A stretch of 64,000 nucleotides of DNA from Nannocystis pusilla (GTDB lineage: Bacteria; Myxococcota_A; Polyangia; Nannocystales; Nannocystaceae), in assembly GCF_049337375.1 (NCBI RefSeq), contig NZ_JBMPIV010000001.1; one strand, 5' to 3'. Position numbers and translations under genes: made by a program. Below are positions 10,386 to 20,856 of this stretch, piece by piece; positions within the stretch are counted from its first letter, which is position 1, and each line of letters opens with the position of its first letter. The notes under the pieces were generated by a model. It had not been told where the DNA came from. It was given only the letters and a program-made list of their open reading frames with translations, and did no database searches.

Positions 10386-12071
10386 TCAGACGACCTCGGC
10401 GTGGGGCGCGGGCGCGGCCTCGGGCGAGCGCAAGCGGAAGGGGTGGCGCGGGGCGTAGCTCTCGGGGGTCTTGTTCTCGAACAGCGGGAAGCACCACTTG
10501 CGAAGCCCGGGGATGTGGACGTCGATCCAGTAGTGGCGCCAGTCGATGCTGCGCGGGTCGCAGTCCCACTCGGGCTCGACGACGGGGTGCCGCAGCAGGT
10601 TGCGGGTGACGAACGCGAAGTAGTTGTCGTGGATGAACGGCAGGTAGAGCTCGCACATGCGCTCGATCTTGTCGATCGCCTCGAGCGCGTCCTCGGTGTG
10701 CTCGACGAGGTCGCCGAGCCGGCGGCGGATGAACTCCGGCCAGCCCTTCGGCGGGTCGCGCAGCCACTCGTCGACCGACTCGGTCATCTTGCGCACGTTC
10801 TCGATCCGCATCGGGTGGTCGGGCGTGACGGCGATCGCGTCCCAGCGCGACTTGACGACGCGGTCGAGGGTGGTGTCGCCGCGGGTGCGCAGGTGCTTGC
10901 GGTGGGCCAGCGCGACCAACTCGACGGCGCGGTCGATGGTGAGGAGGTTGAGGTCCGAGCTGCCGCACTGGTAGACCGGCGCGTGCTCGCCCCGCATCAG
11001 CGCGGCGCCGGCGACGGTCATGCCGCGGCAGACGTAGTCGACCGGGATGATGTCGAACGGGTTGCCCCGCTTGCACGGCAGGTGGCGGAACCAGCTGCCG
11101 AGCGCGTAGCTCAGCGGGCCGCAGGTGTTGAAGCCCTGGTTCCACCCGGGGAACGGGTAGCTCATGGCGCTCTCGACGATCGCGGGGCGGAACATGCTCC
11201 ACCGGCCGGGATCGAGGCGGCGGGCGATCCACGCCTCGGCCATGTTCTTGGTGTACGTGTAGATGTTGGTGAAGCCCCAGCGACCGGCGCGGCGCTGGCC
11301 CTCGGCGACCATCGCGTCCTTCAAGAGGTTGCGCTTGATCCGGCGGGCGGTGTTGCGCACCAGCATCGCGTTGGTCTCGTCGCCGCCCTTTTCGCGGATC
11401 TGCTTGACCGCGTCGTCGTGGGCGCGCTTGTCCATCTCCGGCGACTCGTGCTCGGCGAGGATGGCGTCGATGCTGACCTGGACCTCGGCGCACTCGACCT
11501 CGACGTCGAACGGCTGGCCGTCGGGCGAGAGGTCGGGGCGGATGTCCTCGGGGATGAGGCCGTTCTTCTTGCCGGTGACGTAGCAGGTCGAGATGTGCAG
11601 CAGCACCGCCTTGTCGCAGGCGGCGACGAAGTTGGCGGCGTTGCGGGCGCCCTCGACGTTGGTCGTCATGGCGTCGCGCAGGTCGGGGTCGAAGTCGACG
11701 AGGCCGGCGCAGTTGATCACGAGGTCGATGTCGCGGCGCAGGCGGGCCAGCACCGCCGGGTCCTCGACGCCCATGTCGGGCAGCGAGACGTCGCCGGAGA
11801 CGACCTCGATCCGCTCGCTGATGAAGCGGCTCATGTCGGCGCCGTACTTCTCGTGCAGCGGGCGGAAGCACGGCGAGGTCTGGACCTGGCGCTCGAACCG
11901 GTCAGCGGCGGGGCGCAGCGCCTTCTTGCGGGTGAGCACGTAGATCTTGCCGACGTCCGGCACGTGCTGCAGGACCATCGCCAGCCAGACCTTGCCGAGG
12001 AAGCCGGTGACCCCGGTGAGCAGGACGTGGCGGCCGGCGTAGCTGTGCTTGATCGAGATCGGCGTGTTCAC
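10386..12071 (-). CDS. fatty acyl-CoA/ACP reductase (FAR family, long form with C-terminal extension)
   Basis: [17 protein letters not shown]-type NAD(P)-binding motif. 561 aa. Starts 5 nt after the short reductase gene. Confidence 0.7.
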   Translation of the reverse strand: MNTPISIKHSYAGRHVLLTGVTGFLGKVWLAMVLQHVPDVGKIYVLTRKKALRPAADRFERQVQTSPCFRPLHEKYGADMSRFISERIEVVSGDVSLPDMGVEDPAVLARLRRDIDLVINCAGLVDFDPDLRDAMTTNVEGARNAANFVAACDKAVLLHISTCYVTGKKNGLIPEDIRPDLSPDGQPFDVEVECAEVQVSIDAILAEHESPEMDKRAHDDAVKQIREKGGDETNAMLVRNTARRIKRNLLKDAMVAEGQRRAGRWGFTNIYTYTKNMAEAWIARRLDPGRWSMFRPAIVESAMSYPFPGWNQGFNTCGPLSYALGSWFRHLPCKRGNPFDIIPVDYVCRGMTVAGAALMRGEHAPVYQCGSSDLNLLTIDRAVELVALAHRKHLRTRGDTTLDRVVKSRWDAIAVTPDHPMRIENVRKMTESVDEWLRDPPKGWPEFIRRRLGDLVEHTEDALEAIDKIERMCELYLPFIHDNYFAFVTRNLLRHPVVEPEWDCDPRSIDWRHYWIDVHIPGLRKWCFPLFENKTPESYAPRHPFRLRSPEAAPAPHAEVV

Positions 12072-12113
12072 GGGTGTCCTCCGGTTCCTGTCCCCAAGGT
12101 CAGTCGCGTAGTC

Positions 12114-12791
12114 TCAGTCGCGGTAGTCGATGATCGGCCAGTCGGCGTCCTTGGCGCTGCGGCGCAGGACGAAGTCGGGGTTGACGGCGCACGGCTTGCC
12201 GACGCGCGAGAGCAGCAGCATGTCCGGGCCGTGGGCGCCGTAGGCGGCGCAGCGCGCGAGCTCGAGGTCGTGCGCGGCGGCGTAGTCGTCGAGCCAGCGG
12301 CCGCCGACGTTCGAGCCGATGACCGGGTCGAGCAGCTTGCCGGTGGCCTCGCCGTCCTCGAACTCGATCTTGTTGTAGACGAGCTCGTCGTAGTGCTTGA
12401 GGTGACGCGCGAGCGGCTTCATGATCGGCTCGATGCTGTCCGACAGCAGCACGACCCGCCGCCCCTCGGCCTGCAGGCGCTTGAGCAGCTCGAGGCCCTG
12501 ATCGAGGATCGTGTCCTTCAGGACATCCTCGGCGTACTCCTCGCAGAGGACCTCGACGCGGTCCTGGCTCATGCCGCGGATGGCGAGGTGGGCGAGGCGG
12601 TGGGCCAGCGCGCGGTCGGTCTGACCGAGCAGGCGGTGGACCGGGGCGGCGAGGCCGACGAGGCCGAGGCGGACGGCCCGCTCACCGAACTTCTTGGCGT
12701 TGCCGGCCAGATAGGCCGCCGCGCTGAGCACGCCGCGGGCGAGCAGGATGCCTTCGACGCGGACGAATGCTGCCGTGTTGGTTTGTGTCAT
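12114..12791 (-). CDS. HAD-superfamily (HAD-IB, phosphoserine-phosphatase-like) hydrolase
   Basis: HAD-IB-like core (VVLLSDSIEP, K...NKIEFEDGEATGK, GDS-like) in the C-terminal 225 aa. Start chosen at MTQTNTAAF (ATG 12789-12791). The upstream ORF-track extension is low-complexity. Confidence 0.6.
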   Translation of the reverse strand: MTQTNTAAFVRVEGILLARGVLSAAAYLAGNAKKFGERAVRLGLVGLAAPVHRLLGQTDRALAHRLAHLAIRGMSQDRVEVLCEEYAEDVLKDTILDQGLELLKRLQAEGRRVVLLSDSIEPIMKPLARHLKHYDELVYNKIEFEDGEATGKLLDPVIGSNVGGRWLDDYAAAHDLELARCAAYGAHGPDMLLLSRVGKPCAVNPDFVLRRSAKDADWPIIDYRD

Positions 12792-12984
12792 CGACCAGGC
12801 TCGCGGCCTAGTTAGCGCACCCGAGGCCGGCGTTACAAGCATTCGCGTGGCGTCTCGAATGCCTGCGAAGGCCGCTGCGCACGCCGTTTTACGCGTGCAG
12901 GGGGCTTCGCAGGACGGGGCGCAGAGGGGGCCTGGCGCCGCTCCGCGGGGCTTTGGTGCGATGCGTAGCGAGCGGACGAGATGT

Positions 12985-13000
12985 TTACTCGCGCGAGTAA
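12985..13000. promoter_or_regulatory. 16-bp perfect palindrome TTACTCGCGCGAGTAA in a divergent promoter region (candidate operator)
   Basis: Lies in the comparatively AT-rich 256-bp spacer between the divergent starts of the lipid operon (12791) and mqnB (~13048). Confidence 0.35.
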
Positions 13001-13047
13001 GTAGTTGGCGCGGACGATTGGTCGTGCGTTTAAGAAATTGCTCCCGC

Positions 13048-13737
13048 GTGAGACCGGTCGGGGCGTCACCGGTGGGACGCGCGGCGAGGTGCGCTATCGT
13101 TGCGTCCGTGACCGCGCCGCTGCTCGTCTGCGCCGCCGAGGTCGAGGGCCGCGGGCTGCCCTCGGCGCTGCGCCTCGGCGTCGGCAAGGTGGCGTCGGCG
13201 GTGAGCATGACGCAGGCGCTGATCGAGCGCCGGCCCGCGTGGGTGCTGCTGTTCGGGGTCTGCGGCGCCTATCCCGAAGGACATGGCCCGGGAGGCAGGC
13301 TCGACGTCGGCGACGTGTGCCTGGTCGGCGAGGACTGGCTGGGCGACGAGGGGGTGGCGGTCGACGACGGCTTCCTGCCGCTGGCGCAGCTGGGGCTCGG
13401 GTCGGTCGGGCCGTTCGCAGCCGACGCGGGACGCACCGCCGCGGCGGCGCGAGTGCTCGCGGCGCCGGTGGTGCGCGGGGCGACGGTCAGCACCTGCAGC
13501 GGGACGGACGCGCGCTCGCGTGAGCTGGCCAGCGGCACGGGGGCCACGGTGGAGACGATGGAGGGGGCAGCGGTGGCGTGGGCCTGTCGGGCGCTCGGGG
13601 TGCCGTGGGTGCAGCTGCGCTGCGTGAGCAATCGAACCGGCCGACGCGCCGCGGGCGGGTGGGACCTGCCGCGCGCGGTGGCCGGCGTGCAGGCGGCGCT
13701 GCTGCGAATGCAGGCCGCGGACTGGGGGAACGAATGA
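13048..13737 (+). CDS. mqnB: futalosine hydrolase (MTA/SAH-nucleosidase family)
   Basis: PNP_UDP_1 / nucleosidase-like sequence (AIVASVTAPL...VLLFGVCGAY...ETMEGAAVA). Directly precedes and ATGA-overlaps mqnD. No ATG available, so start assigned to GTG 13048 (alternative GTG at 13069). Confidence 0.6.
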   Translation: MRPVGASPVGRAARCAIVASVTAPLLVCAAEVEGRGLPSALRLGVGKVASAVSMTQALIERRPAWVLLFGVCGAYPEGHGPGGRLDVGDVCLVGEDWLGDEGVAVDDGFLPLAQLGLGSVGPFAADAGRTAAAARVLAAPVVRGATVSTCSGTDARSRELASGTGATVETMEGAAVAWACRALGVPWVQLRCVSNRTGRRAAGGWDLPRAVAGVQAALLRMQAADWGNE

Positions 13738-14552
13738 GCGAGCCGCTGCCTGTCGGGTTCTCGCCGTGTCCGAACGACACGTGGATGTTCGACGCGCTGG
13801 TGCGCGTGCCGGAGTTCGTGCCGGGGCTGCGGCCGCTGCCGTGGCTGGCCGACATCGAGGCGCTCAACGAGCGCGCGCTGGCCGGCGAGGCGCCGCTGCC
13901 GGTGACGAAGCTGAGCGCGCACGGGCTTTACTGGGTCGAGCGCGATTACCTGGTCTTGCGGACAGGTGCGGCGCTCGGCCGCGGGTGCGGGCCCCTGGTG
14001 GTCGCGCGCGAGGCGACGGAGCTCGCGGCGCTGGCGGGGCGGAAGATCGCCATCCCCGGCGCGTACACGACGGCGCACCTGCTGCTCCGCTGCTTCGCGC
14101 CGGCGTCGGTGACGGTGGTGCCGATGCGCTTCGATCGCATCATGCCGGCGGTGGCCGCGGGCGAGGTCGACGCGGGGCTGGTGATCCACGAGGCGCGGTT
14201 CGTGTTCCGCGACCACGGGCTTGAGCAGGTGGCGGACCTCGGCGAGGTGTGGGAGGCGGCGACAGGGCTGCCGCTGCCGCTCGGGGTGATCGCGGCCCAC
14301 CGCTCGCTGCCCGCGGGGCAGGTGCGGGCGGTGGAGGAGGGGATCGCGCGGTCGATCGCGGCGGCGGAGGCCGACCCGGCGGCGGCGTGGCCGTTCGTGA
14401 AGGCGCACTCGCAGGAGCTGAGCGACGAGGTGTGCCGGCAGCACATCGCGCTGTACGTCAACGAGTTCTCGCGCGACATGGGCGCGGAGGGGGCGGCGGC
14501 GCTGGCCGAGCTGCGGGCGCGCGGGCAAGCGGCGGGGCTGTTGCCGCGCTGA
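13734..14552 (+). CDS. mqnD: 1,4-dihydroxy-6-naphthoate synthase (futalosine pathway)
   Basis: N-terminal GFSPCPNDTWMF motif of the MqnA/MqnD (VitK2_biosynth) family. About 272 aa. Confidence 0.75.
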   Translation: MSEPLPVGFSPCPNDTWMFDALVRVPEFVPGLRPLPWLADIEALNERALAGEAPLPVTKLSAHGLYWVERDYLVLRTGAALGRGCGPLVVAREATELAALAGRKIAIPGAYTTAHLLLRCFAPASVTVVPMRFDRIMPAVAAGEVDAGLVIHEARFVFRDHGLEQVADLGEVWEAATGLPLPLGVIAAHRSLPAGQVRAVEEGIARSIAAAEADPAAAWPFVKAHSQELSDEVCRQHIALYVNEFSRDMGAEGAAALAELRARGQAAGLLPR

Positions 14553-14564
14553 GCGGGCGACGGT

Positions 14565-14690
14565 CCCCGCGTGTCCCGAGCGGACGTGCGGCCCGGCGGT
14601 CGATGGCCGCCAGGACATGTCCGTGAGGATATGCTCGATAGGACATGATCTCGAGAGCCTGTCCATGAGGACATGCTCGCGAGATCCTAT
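14565..14690. repeat. cluster of GGACATGTCC-type palindromic units (5 half-sites) in a convergent intergenic spacer
   Basis: caGGACATGTCCgtgagg, atatgctc, GGACATGATC, gtccatgaGGACATGCTC, all between the mqnD and ABC-ATPase stops. Confidence 0.6.
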
Positions 14691-14712
14691 AGCGATGGCG
14701 ACGGGGCGGACG

Positions 14713-15486
<774 letters not shown>

Positions 15487-15595
15487 GTCCGGCATTAATA
15501 GGAGAGAGCCGGGGGGGCGCCGCAAGCCCGCGGGCAAGAGGTGGCGCACGCGCAGGCACGGGCGCGCCGGCGCCGGATCGACTAGTGTTCGCCGC

Positions 15596-17539
15596 ATGTC
15601 GCTCGTCCAGCTCAGGGCCAGCAAGACGGCGCCGCCGCGGGACCTGCGGGCGTTCCTGCCGATGACCCGCGAGGAGATGGAGGCGCGCGGGTGGGACGAG
15701 CTCGACGTGCTCATCATCAACGGCGACGCGTACGTCGACCACCCGGCGTTCGGCGGGGCGCTGATCGGCCGGTTCCTCGAGGGCCGCGGGCTGCGGGTCG
15801 GGATGATCGCGCAGCCGCGCTGGGATGACCCGAAGGACATCTCGCGGCTGGGCCGGCCGCGGCTGTTCGTCGGCATCACCGCCGGCAACCTCGACTCGAT
15901 GCTCAACAAACTGACGGCGCAGAAGAAGATCCGCGGCGAGGATCAATACTCGCCCGACGGCGCGCTCGAGCAGCGGCCGAACCGCGCCAGCATCGTCTAC
16001 TCGAACCTCGCCCGGCAGGCGTTCCCGGGGCTGCCGGTGGTGCTCGGCGGCATCGAGGCGAGCCTGCGGCGGATCGCCCACTACGACTACTGGAGCGACC
16101 AGGTGCGCCGCAGCGTGCTGGTCGACAGCAAGGCCGACCTGCTGATCTTCGGCATGGGCGAGCGGCCGGTGTGGGAGGTCGCGCGGCGGCTCAAGGCCGG
16201 CGAAGACATCAGCACGATCCGCGACGTCCGCGGCACGGCGGTGATGCTGCCGAAGGGCCAGTGGGAGCACCTGCCGAAGAGCCGCTACGTGCGCGACGGG
16301 CTGCCGCTGCACCTGCCCAGCTACGAGGAGGCGAGCGCCGACAAGGACGCGTTCCTCGAGATGTCGCGGGCGTTCCAGCACGAGACGAACCCGGGCAACG
16401 GGCGGCCGCTGGTCCAGCCGCACGGCGACCGGGCGCTCTACTGCAACCCGCCGGCGCACCCGCTCGACATGCGCGACATGGACGCGCTGTACGACCTGCC
16501 GTTCGTGCGCCGGCCGCACTGGACGTACGCGGGCAGCAAGATCCCGGCGTTCGAGACGGTCAAGCACTCGATCGTGACGATGCGCGGCTGCTTCGGCGGC
16601 TGCACGTTCTGCTCGATCACCGAGCACGAGGGCCGCATCATCCAGTCGCGCTCGGCCGAGAGCGTGCTGCGGGAGATCCGGGCGCTGCGCCGCATGGACG
16701 ACTTCCGCGGCGTGATCTCGGACGTCGGCGGGCCGACGGCCAACATGTACCGCATGCGCTGCAAGAGCGAGCAGATCGAGAGCGCGTGCCGCAAGCTGTC
16801 GTGCGTCCACCCGGGCGTGTGCGAGAACCTCGACACCGACCACGGGCCGCTCGTCGACCTGCTGAAGAAGGTGCGCAAGGCCGAGGGCGTGCGGCGCGTG
16901 TTCATCGCTTCGGGCGTCCGCTACGACCTGGCAGAACGATCTCCGGCGTTCATCCGCGAGCTGGCGACGCATCACACCGGCGGACAATTGTCCGTGGCGC
17001 CCGAGCACGTGAAGGACGACGTGCTCGCCAAGATGAAGAAGCCCGGGGTCGCCAGCTACGAGCGCTTCGCCGAGCAGTTCACGTGCGCGAGCGAGGCCGC
17101 GGGCAAAGATCAGCATCTGGTGCCCTACTTCATTTCGGGGCACCCGGGCAGCACGCTGGACGACATGGTCGATCTCGCGCTGTGGCTGAAGGCGCGAGGC
17201 GTGCGGCCCAGGCAGGTGCAGGACTTCATCCCCACGCCGATGAGCATGGCGACCTGCATGTACTACACGGGTCGCGATCCGTTCACGCGCGAGCCGGTCT
17301 ACACGGCGAAGGAGCTGCGCGAGAAGAAGCTGCAGAAGTCGCTCCTCCTTTATTGGGATCCGGCGCAGCACCACCTCGCTCGCGAGGCGCTGCGCCGAGC
17401 CGGGCGCGCTGCGCTGATCGGTCACGGGCCGTCGTGTCTGGTGCCGCCGGAGGGAGGAGGAGCGACGCGCACACCTGGAGCGTCGCCTGTCCCGGGCGCC
17501 AGGCGGGCACGGCGCGGGCTCGGGGCCGCCGGACCGTGA
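15596..17539 (+). CDS. ygiQ: YgiQ family radical SAM protein (UPF0313)
   Basis: FLPMTREEMEARGWDELDVLIINGDAYVDHPAFG N-terminus characteristic of YgiQ. CFGGCTFCS radical-SAM Cys triad. Start at MSLVQ is uncertain (alternative MTREEM at 15662). Confidence 0.8.
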   Translation: MSLVQLRASKTAPPRDLRAFLPMTREEMEARGWDELDVLIINGDAYVDHPAFGGALIGRFLEGRGLRVGMIAQPRWDDPKDISRLGRPRLFVGITAGNLDSMLNKLTAQKKIRGEDQYSPDGALEQRPNRASIVYSNLARQAFPGLPVVLGGIEASLRRIAHYDYWSDQVRRSVLVDSKADLLIFGMGERPVWEVARRLKAGEDISTIRDVRGTAVMLPKGQWEHLPKSRYVRDGLPLHLPSYEEASADKDAFLEMSRAFQHETNPGNGRPLVQPHGDRALYCNPPAHPLDMRDMDALYDLPFVRRPHWTYAGSKIPAFETVKHSIVTMRGCFGGCTFCSITEHEGRIIQSRSAESVLREIRALRRMDDFRGVISDVGGPTANMYRMRCKSEQIESACRKLSCVHPGVCENLDTDHGPLVDLLKKVRKAEGVRRVFIASGVRYDLAERSPAFIRELATHHTGGQLSVAPEHVKDDVLAKMKKPGVASYERFAEQFTCASEAAGKDQHLVPYFISGHPGSTLDDMVDLALWLKARGVRPRQVQDFIPTPMSMATCMYYTGRDPFTREPVYTAKELREKKLQKSLLLYWDPAQHHLAREALRRAGRAALIGHGPSCLVPPEGGGATRTPGASPVPGARRARRGLGAAGP

Positions 17540-17690
17540 ACCGGTAGCACCGCCGAGCACCGGCGGCCGCGCCGATGGTCGCGCTCGCGTCGCCGGTGCA
17601 GGTTCGCCCTGCCACCATGCTAGCGCACGAGCTCGGGCGCGGACGGTAGTTCCGCGTCACAGCCATCTATGGATAAGATGCCCCAGCTTT

Positions 17691-18464
17691 ATGACGATGA
17701 TGCGGAGCGCGACGCGAGTGTTGGCGGCTGTCACTGTGATGTCGAGCCTGGCGGGCTGTGAGGCGCTGCTCGAGCCGAAGACGAAGCTCTCGCTGGCCAT
17801 CTCGCACCACGGTACGCGCGACGAGAAGGGGATCCTGCCGAACCTCGGCGAGGCCGACGCCGCCCGCGTGTTCGTCAACGACAAGGGCTGGCAGATCAAC
17901 CTGGCCGAGGGCGTGATCGTGATGACCGCGGCGCAGGTCGAGTCGTGCGCCGGCGAGAGCTTCGACTTCGACCTGCCGTACGGCCCGTTCCCCGAGTACC
18001 AGCTGGCGCAGGATCAGGACCTCGTCGACTTCGCCTCGGTCGAGCTGCCCGAAGGGACATATTGCAAGCTGCGCGTCGAGTACGGCCGCTACCAGTCGTC
18101 GCTGGCCGAGCAAGCGTTCGACACGCCGTACCAGCTCCACGGCCACGCGTCGGTCGAGGGCCTGACGGTCTACCTCGCCGGTACGGCGGTCGACCCGTCC
18201 GGCGCCCACGAGGGCGCCAACTGGAAGTTCCAGACCAATCAGACCACCATCGTCGAGCTCGACCTCAGCGCGGCCGAGGACGGACGCCCGCTCACGATCA
18301 CCGGCAAGGAGCCGGGCGGCAAGGCGCTGACGGTCGCCAAGACCTACGACGCGTTCTTCCGCGGCATCGACTTCTCGAACTACGACCCCGAGGCGATCAA
18401 CGACCGCCTGCTCGAGGTCCTCAGCGCCGAGACGTACGTGCGGGTCGGCGCCCAGATCTTCTGA
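17691..18464 (+). CDS. hypothetical lipoprotein
   Basis: Signal peptide with LAGC lipobox. No recognisable domain. Confidence 0.5.
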   Translation: MTMMRSATRVLAAVTVMSSLAGCEALLEPKTKLSLAISHHGTRDEKGILPNLGEADAARVFVNDKGWQINLAEGVIVMTAAQVESCAGESFDFDLPYGPFPEYQLAQDQDLVDFASVELPEGTYCKLRVEYGRYQSSLAEQAFDTPYQLHGHASVEGLTVYLAGTAVDPSGAHEGANWKFQTNQTTIVELDLSAAEDGRPLTITGKEPGGKALTVAKTYDAFFRGIDFSNYDPEAINDRLLEVLSAETYVRVGAQIF

Positions 18465-19338
18465 ACCCGGCCAGCGCCGTCAACACGACAAGGCCGAGCG
18501 AGCCGCCGGCGTCGCCCCCGGCAGCGCAGCCGCAGCCGTCGTCGCGGTTCGGCTCGGTCACCAGGCAGTCGCACGCCTCGCACGCGTCGGTGCGCAGGTC
18601 GACACCTGTCTCTTGGTTCAGCCAGCACAGCGCGGCGTAGGGGATGGCGTAGAAGCCGCCCTTGCCGCACGTGTAGCCGCGCGAGGTGACGCCGGCGAGC
18701 ACGACCTCGCCGGAGGAGAGGGTGACGAACGCAGGGCCGCCGGAGTCGCCCTGGCACGAGTCGTGGCCCTCGCCGCCGGCCTGGAACTCGAGGCCGCTCG
18801 GGCTGAAGCGGACGATCTCGACGTCGACCTGGCGCTTGAAGCCGTTGAGGCTCTTCTCGTCGTCGCCGAAGCCGACCACGGTGATCGGGGCGCCGATGTA
18901 CATGGCGGCGTCCCACTCGGCCTGGTCGCTGAGCGGCCGCGTCGGCTCGACGCCGACGAGCGGCTCCTCGAGCATGACGTAGCCGTAGTCCCAGATGTCG
19001 ACCTTGCACACCTCGGTGTCGGTGCCGCAAAAGTCGGGGTGCGAGCCGTGCGAGGCGACGGAGACGATGGTCCTGAACTCGGTCCACACGTCGTCGCCGA
19101 CGACGACGTGCATGAGCGCGGGCGAGGGGTTGTTGTCGAGGCAGTGCGCGGCGGTCAGCACGACCTTCGGACTGACGAGCGTGCCGGTGCACATGGTGTC
19201 GCCGATGAGGATCGCCACGGCGGTCGGCCACGCGCCCGGCTCGACCAACTCGCCGCCGTAGATCGGCGCGGGCGCGGGCGCGGGCGCGGTCCACGGGAGC
19301 GGCGAGGCGAGGAGGGCGACGAGGCCGAGCTGCAACAT
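18421..19338 (-). CDS. trypsin-like (S1 family) secreted serine protease with MYXO-CTERM sorting domain
   Basis: TAAHC (His) and GDSGGP (Ser) catalytic motifs. C-terminal DDGCGCAAGG...LGLVVLTALAGFRRSGRR matches the MYXO-CTERM pattern. Start taken at MLQLGLVALLA. Confidence 0.75.
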   Translation of the reverse strand: MLQLGLVALLASPLPWTAPAPAPAPIYGGELVEPGAWPTAVAILIGDTMCTGTLVSPKVVLTAAHCLDNNPSPALMHVVVGDDVWTEFRTIVSVASHGSHPDFCGTDTEVCKVDIWDYGYVMLEEPLVGVEPTRPLSDQAEWDAAMYIGAPITVVGFGDDEKSLNGFKRQVDVEIVRFSPSGLEFQAGGEGHDSCQGDSGGPAFVTLSSGEVVLAGVTSRGYTCGKGGFYAIPYAALCWLNQETGVDLRTDACEACDCLVTEPNRDDGCGCAAGGDAGGSLGLVVLTALAGFRRSGRRPARTSRR

Positions 19339-19498
19339 GCGAACAGAATAACCCCGATCGCCGGCGATCCGCGGCGATCCGACCCGCGTCCTGCGCACAC
19401 GGGGCGCGGATCGAAAATGCCCGAGGGAGCGCCCGCGGACCCAGGACAGCGCCCCTGCAATTTGGTACCGATCGCACGGGTCCGACCCGGGGAGGCGC

Positions 19499-20773
19499 GT
19501 GCCGACGAATACCTTCGCCTATCCTAACCTGGTCTCGGAGCCAGGTCCGCTCCCGCTCCGCTCGCAGCTCGACCACGACTTCACCGACGCGCTGGCCCAT
19601 ATCGCCCGGATCCGCACCCGCCGGCGCCTGGAGCGAGACCCGGTGTTCCGCACGATCCGCCCGCAGCTGGAGCGGGTCCTCCGCGGCTTCGAGTGGGACC
19701 TCGAGCCGACGCTCGGCCACTCGCTGGCGCCGCGACGCCCGGGGATCGTCCGCGCGGTCGCCTGGAACGTCGAGCGCGGCAAGCGCTTCGAGGGCCTCCA
19801 CGCGCTGCTGACGTCGGACCCCGAGCTGTCGGCGGCCGACCTGCTGCTGCTGACCGAGGTCGACATCGGCATGGGCCGCTCGGGCAACCGCAACGTGCCG
19901 AAGGAGCTCGCCCACGCGCTCGGCATGGGCTACGTGTTCGCCAACTACCACCTCGTGCTGGCCGAGGGCGACCGCGGCGAGCGCGGCCACGGCGTGCCCA
20001 ACACCAAGGCGATGCACGGCTGCGCCCTGCTGACCCGCTTCCCGGTGCTCCGCTTCGAGGCGGTCGAGCTGCAGGAGCGGCGCGACAAGTTCCACGCGAC
20101 CGAGAAGCGGATCGGCAACAAGCGCGCGCTGCTGTGCGAGCTGCTGCTGCCCGACGGGCCGCTGACGGTCGCGCTGGTCCACCTCGACCCGTTCGCCGGG
20201 CCCCGCGACCGCGCTCGCGACATCCGCGAGATCGTGACCCGCCTGCGCGAGTTCGGCGGCGAACGCATGCTCCTCGGCGGCGACCTCAACACCAACACGT
20301 ACGACCTCAGCAGCGGCCGCGGCCTCGCCTACAACTTCTTCTACAAGCTGACGCGCTTCGGCATCGAGGGCATGGCGGCCCAGTACATGAAGCCGGAGGA
20401 GCACTTCGAGCGGGCGGTGTTCGCGGCGATGCGCGACGGCGGGTTCGAGATCGACGGCTTCAACGACTTCACCCGCGGGACCATCTACTACGACATCTAC
20501 GACCCCGAGATCTTCCGCAAGGCGCTCGACTACATGCCCAAGGCGATGCGCCGGGTGATGTGGACGTACCTCGAGCGCCGGCTGGCGCCGTGGGGCGGGC
20601 GCGTGCCGCTGCGCGTCGACTGGTTCGCCGGCAAGGGCCTGCGCCCGCGCGAGCCGCAGGTGATCGAGCGCCCGGTCGCCGAGGGCAAGCTGGTGTCCGA
20701 CCACAACCCGATCCTCGTCGACCTCGAGCTCGGGACCGAGGCGCCGGACCCGGGCGAAGAGACCGACGAGTGA
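19499..20773 (+). CDS. endonuclease/exonuclease/phosphatase (EEP) family protein
   Basis: EEP-like motifs (AWNVERG, LLLTEVD, SDHNPILVDL). GTG start. Confidence 0.6.
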   Translation: MPTNTFAYPNLVSEPGPLPLRSQLDHDFTDALAHIARIRTRRRLERDPVFRTIRPQLERVLRGFEWDLEPTLGHSLAPRRPGIVRAVAWNVERGKRFEGLHALLTSDPELSAADLLLLTEVDIGMGRSGNRNVPKELAHALGMGYVFANYHLVLAEGDRGERGHGVPNTKAMHGCALLTRFPVLRFEAVELQERRDKFHATEKRIGNKRALLCELLLPDGPLTVALVHLDPFAGPRDRARDIREIVTRLREFGGERMLLGGDLNTNTYDLSSGRGLAYNFFYKLTRFGIEGMAAQYMKPEEHFERAVFAAMRDGGFEIDGFNDFTRGTIYYDIYDPEIFRKALDYMPKAMRRVMWTYLERRLAPWGGRVPLRVDWFAGKGLRPREPQVIERPVAEGKLVSDHNPILVDLELGTEAPDPGEETDE

Positions 20774-20784
20774 GCGGCGCTCGC

Positions 20785-20852
20785 GGGCATGCCCGATCGG
20801 GCATGTCTGTCAGGGCATGGCTGATGGGGCATGTGCTTCGCGACATGCCCTG
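20785..20852. repeat. four tandem ~14-bp GGGCATGKCY units (GGACATGTCC family) in a convergent spacer
   Basis: gggcatgtctgtca / gggcatggctgat / ggggcatgtgcttc / gcgacatgccctga. Confidence 0.6.
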
Positions 20853-20856
20853 AAGT

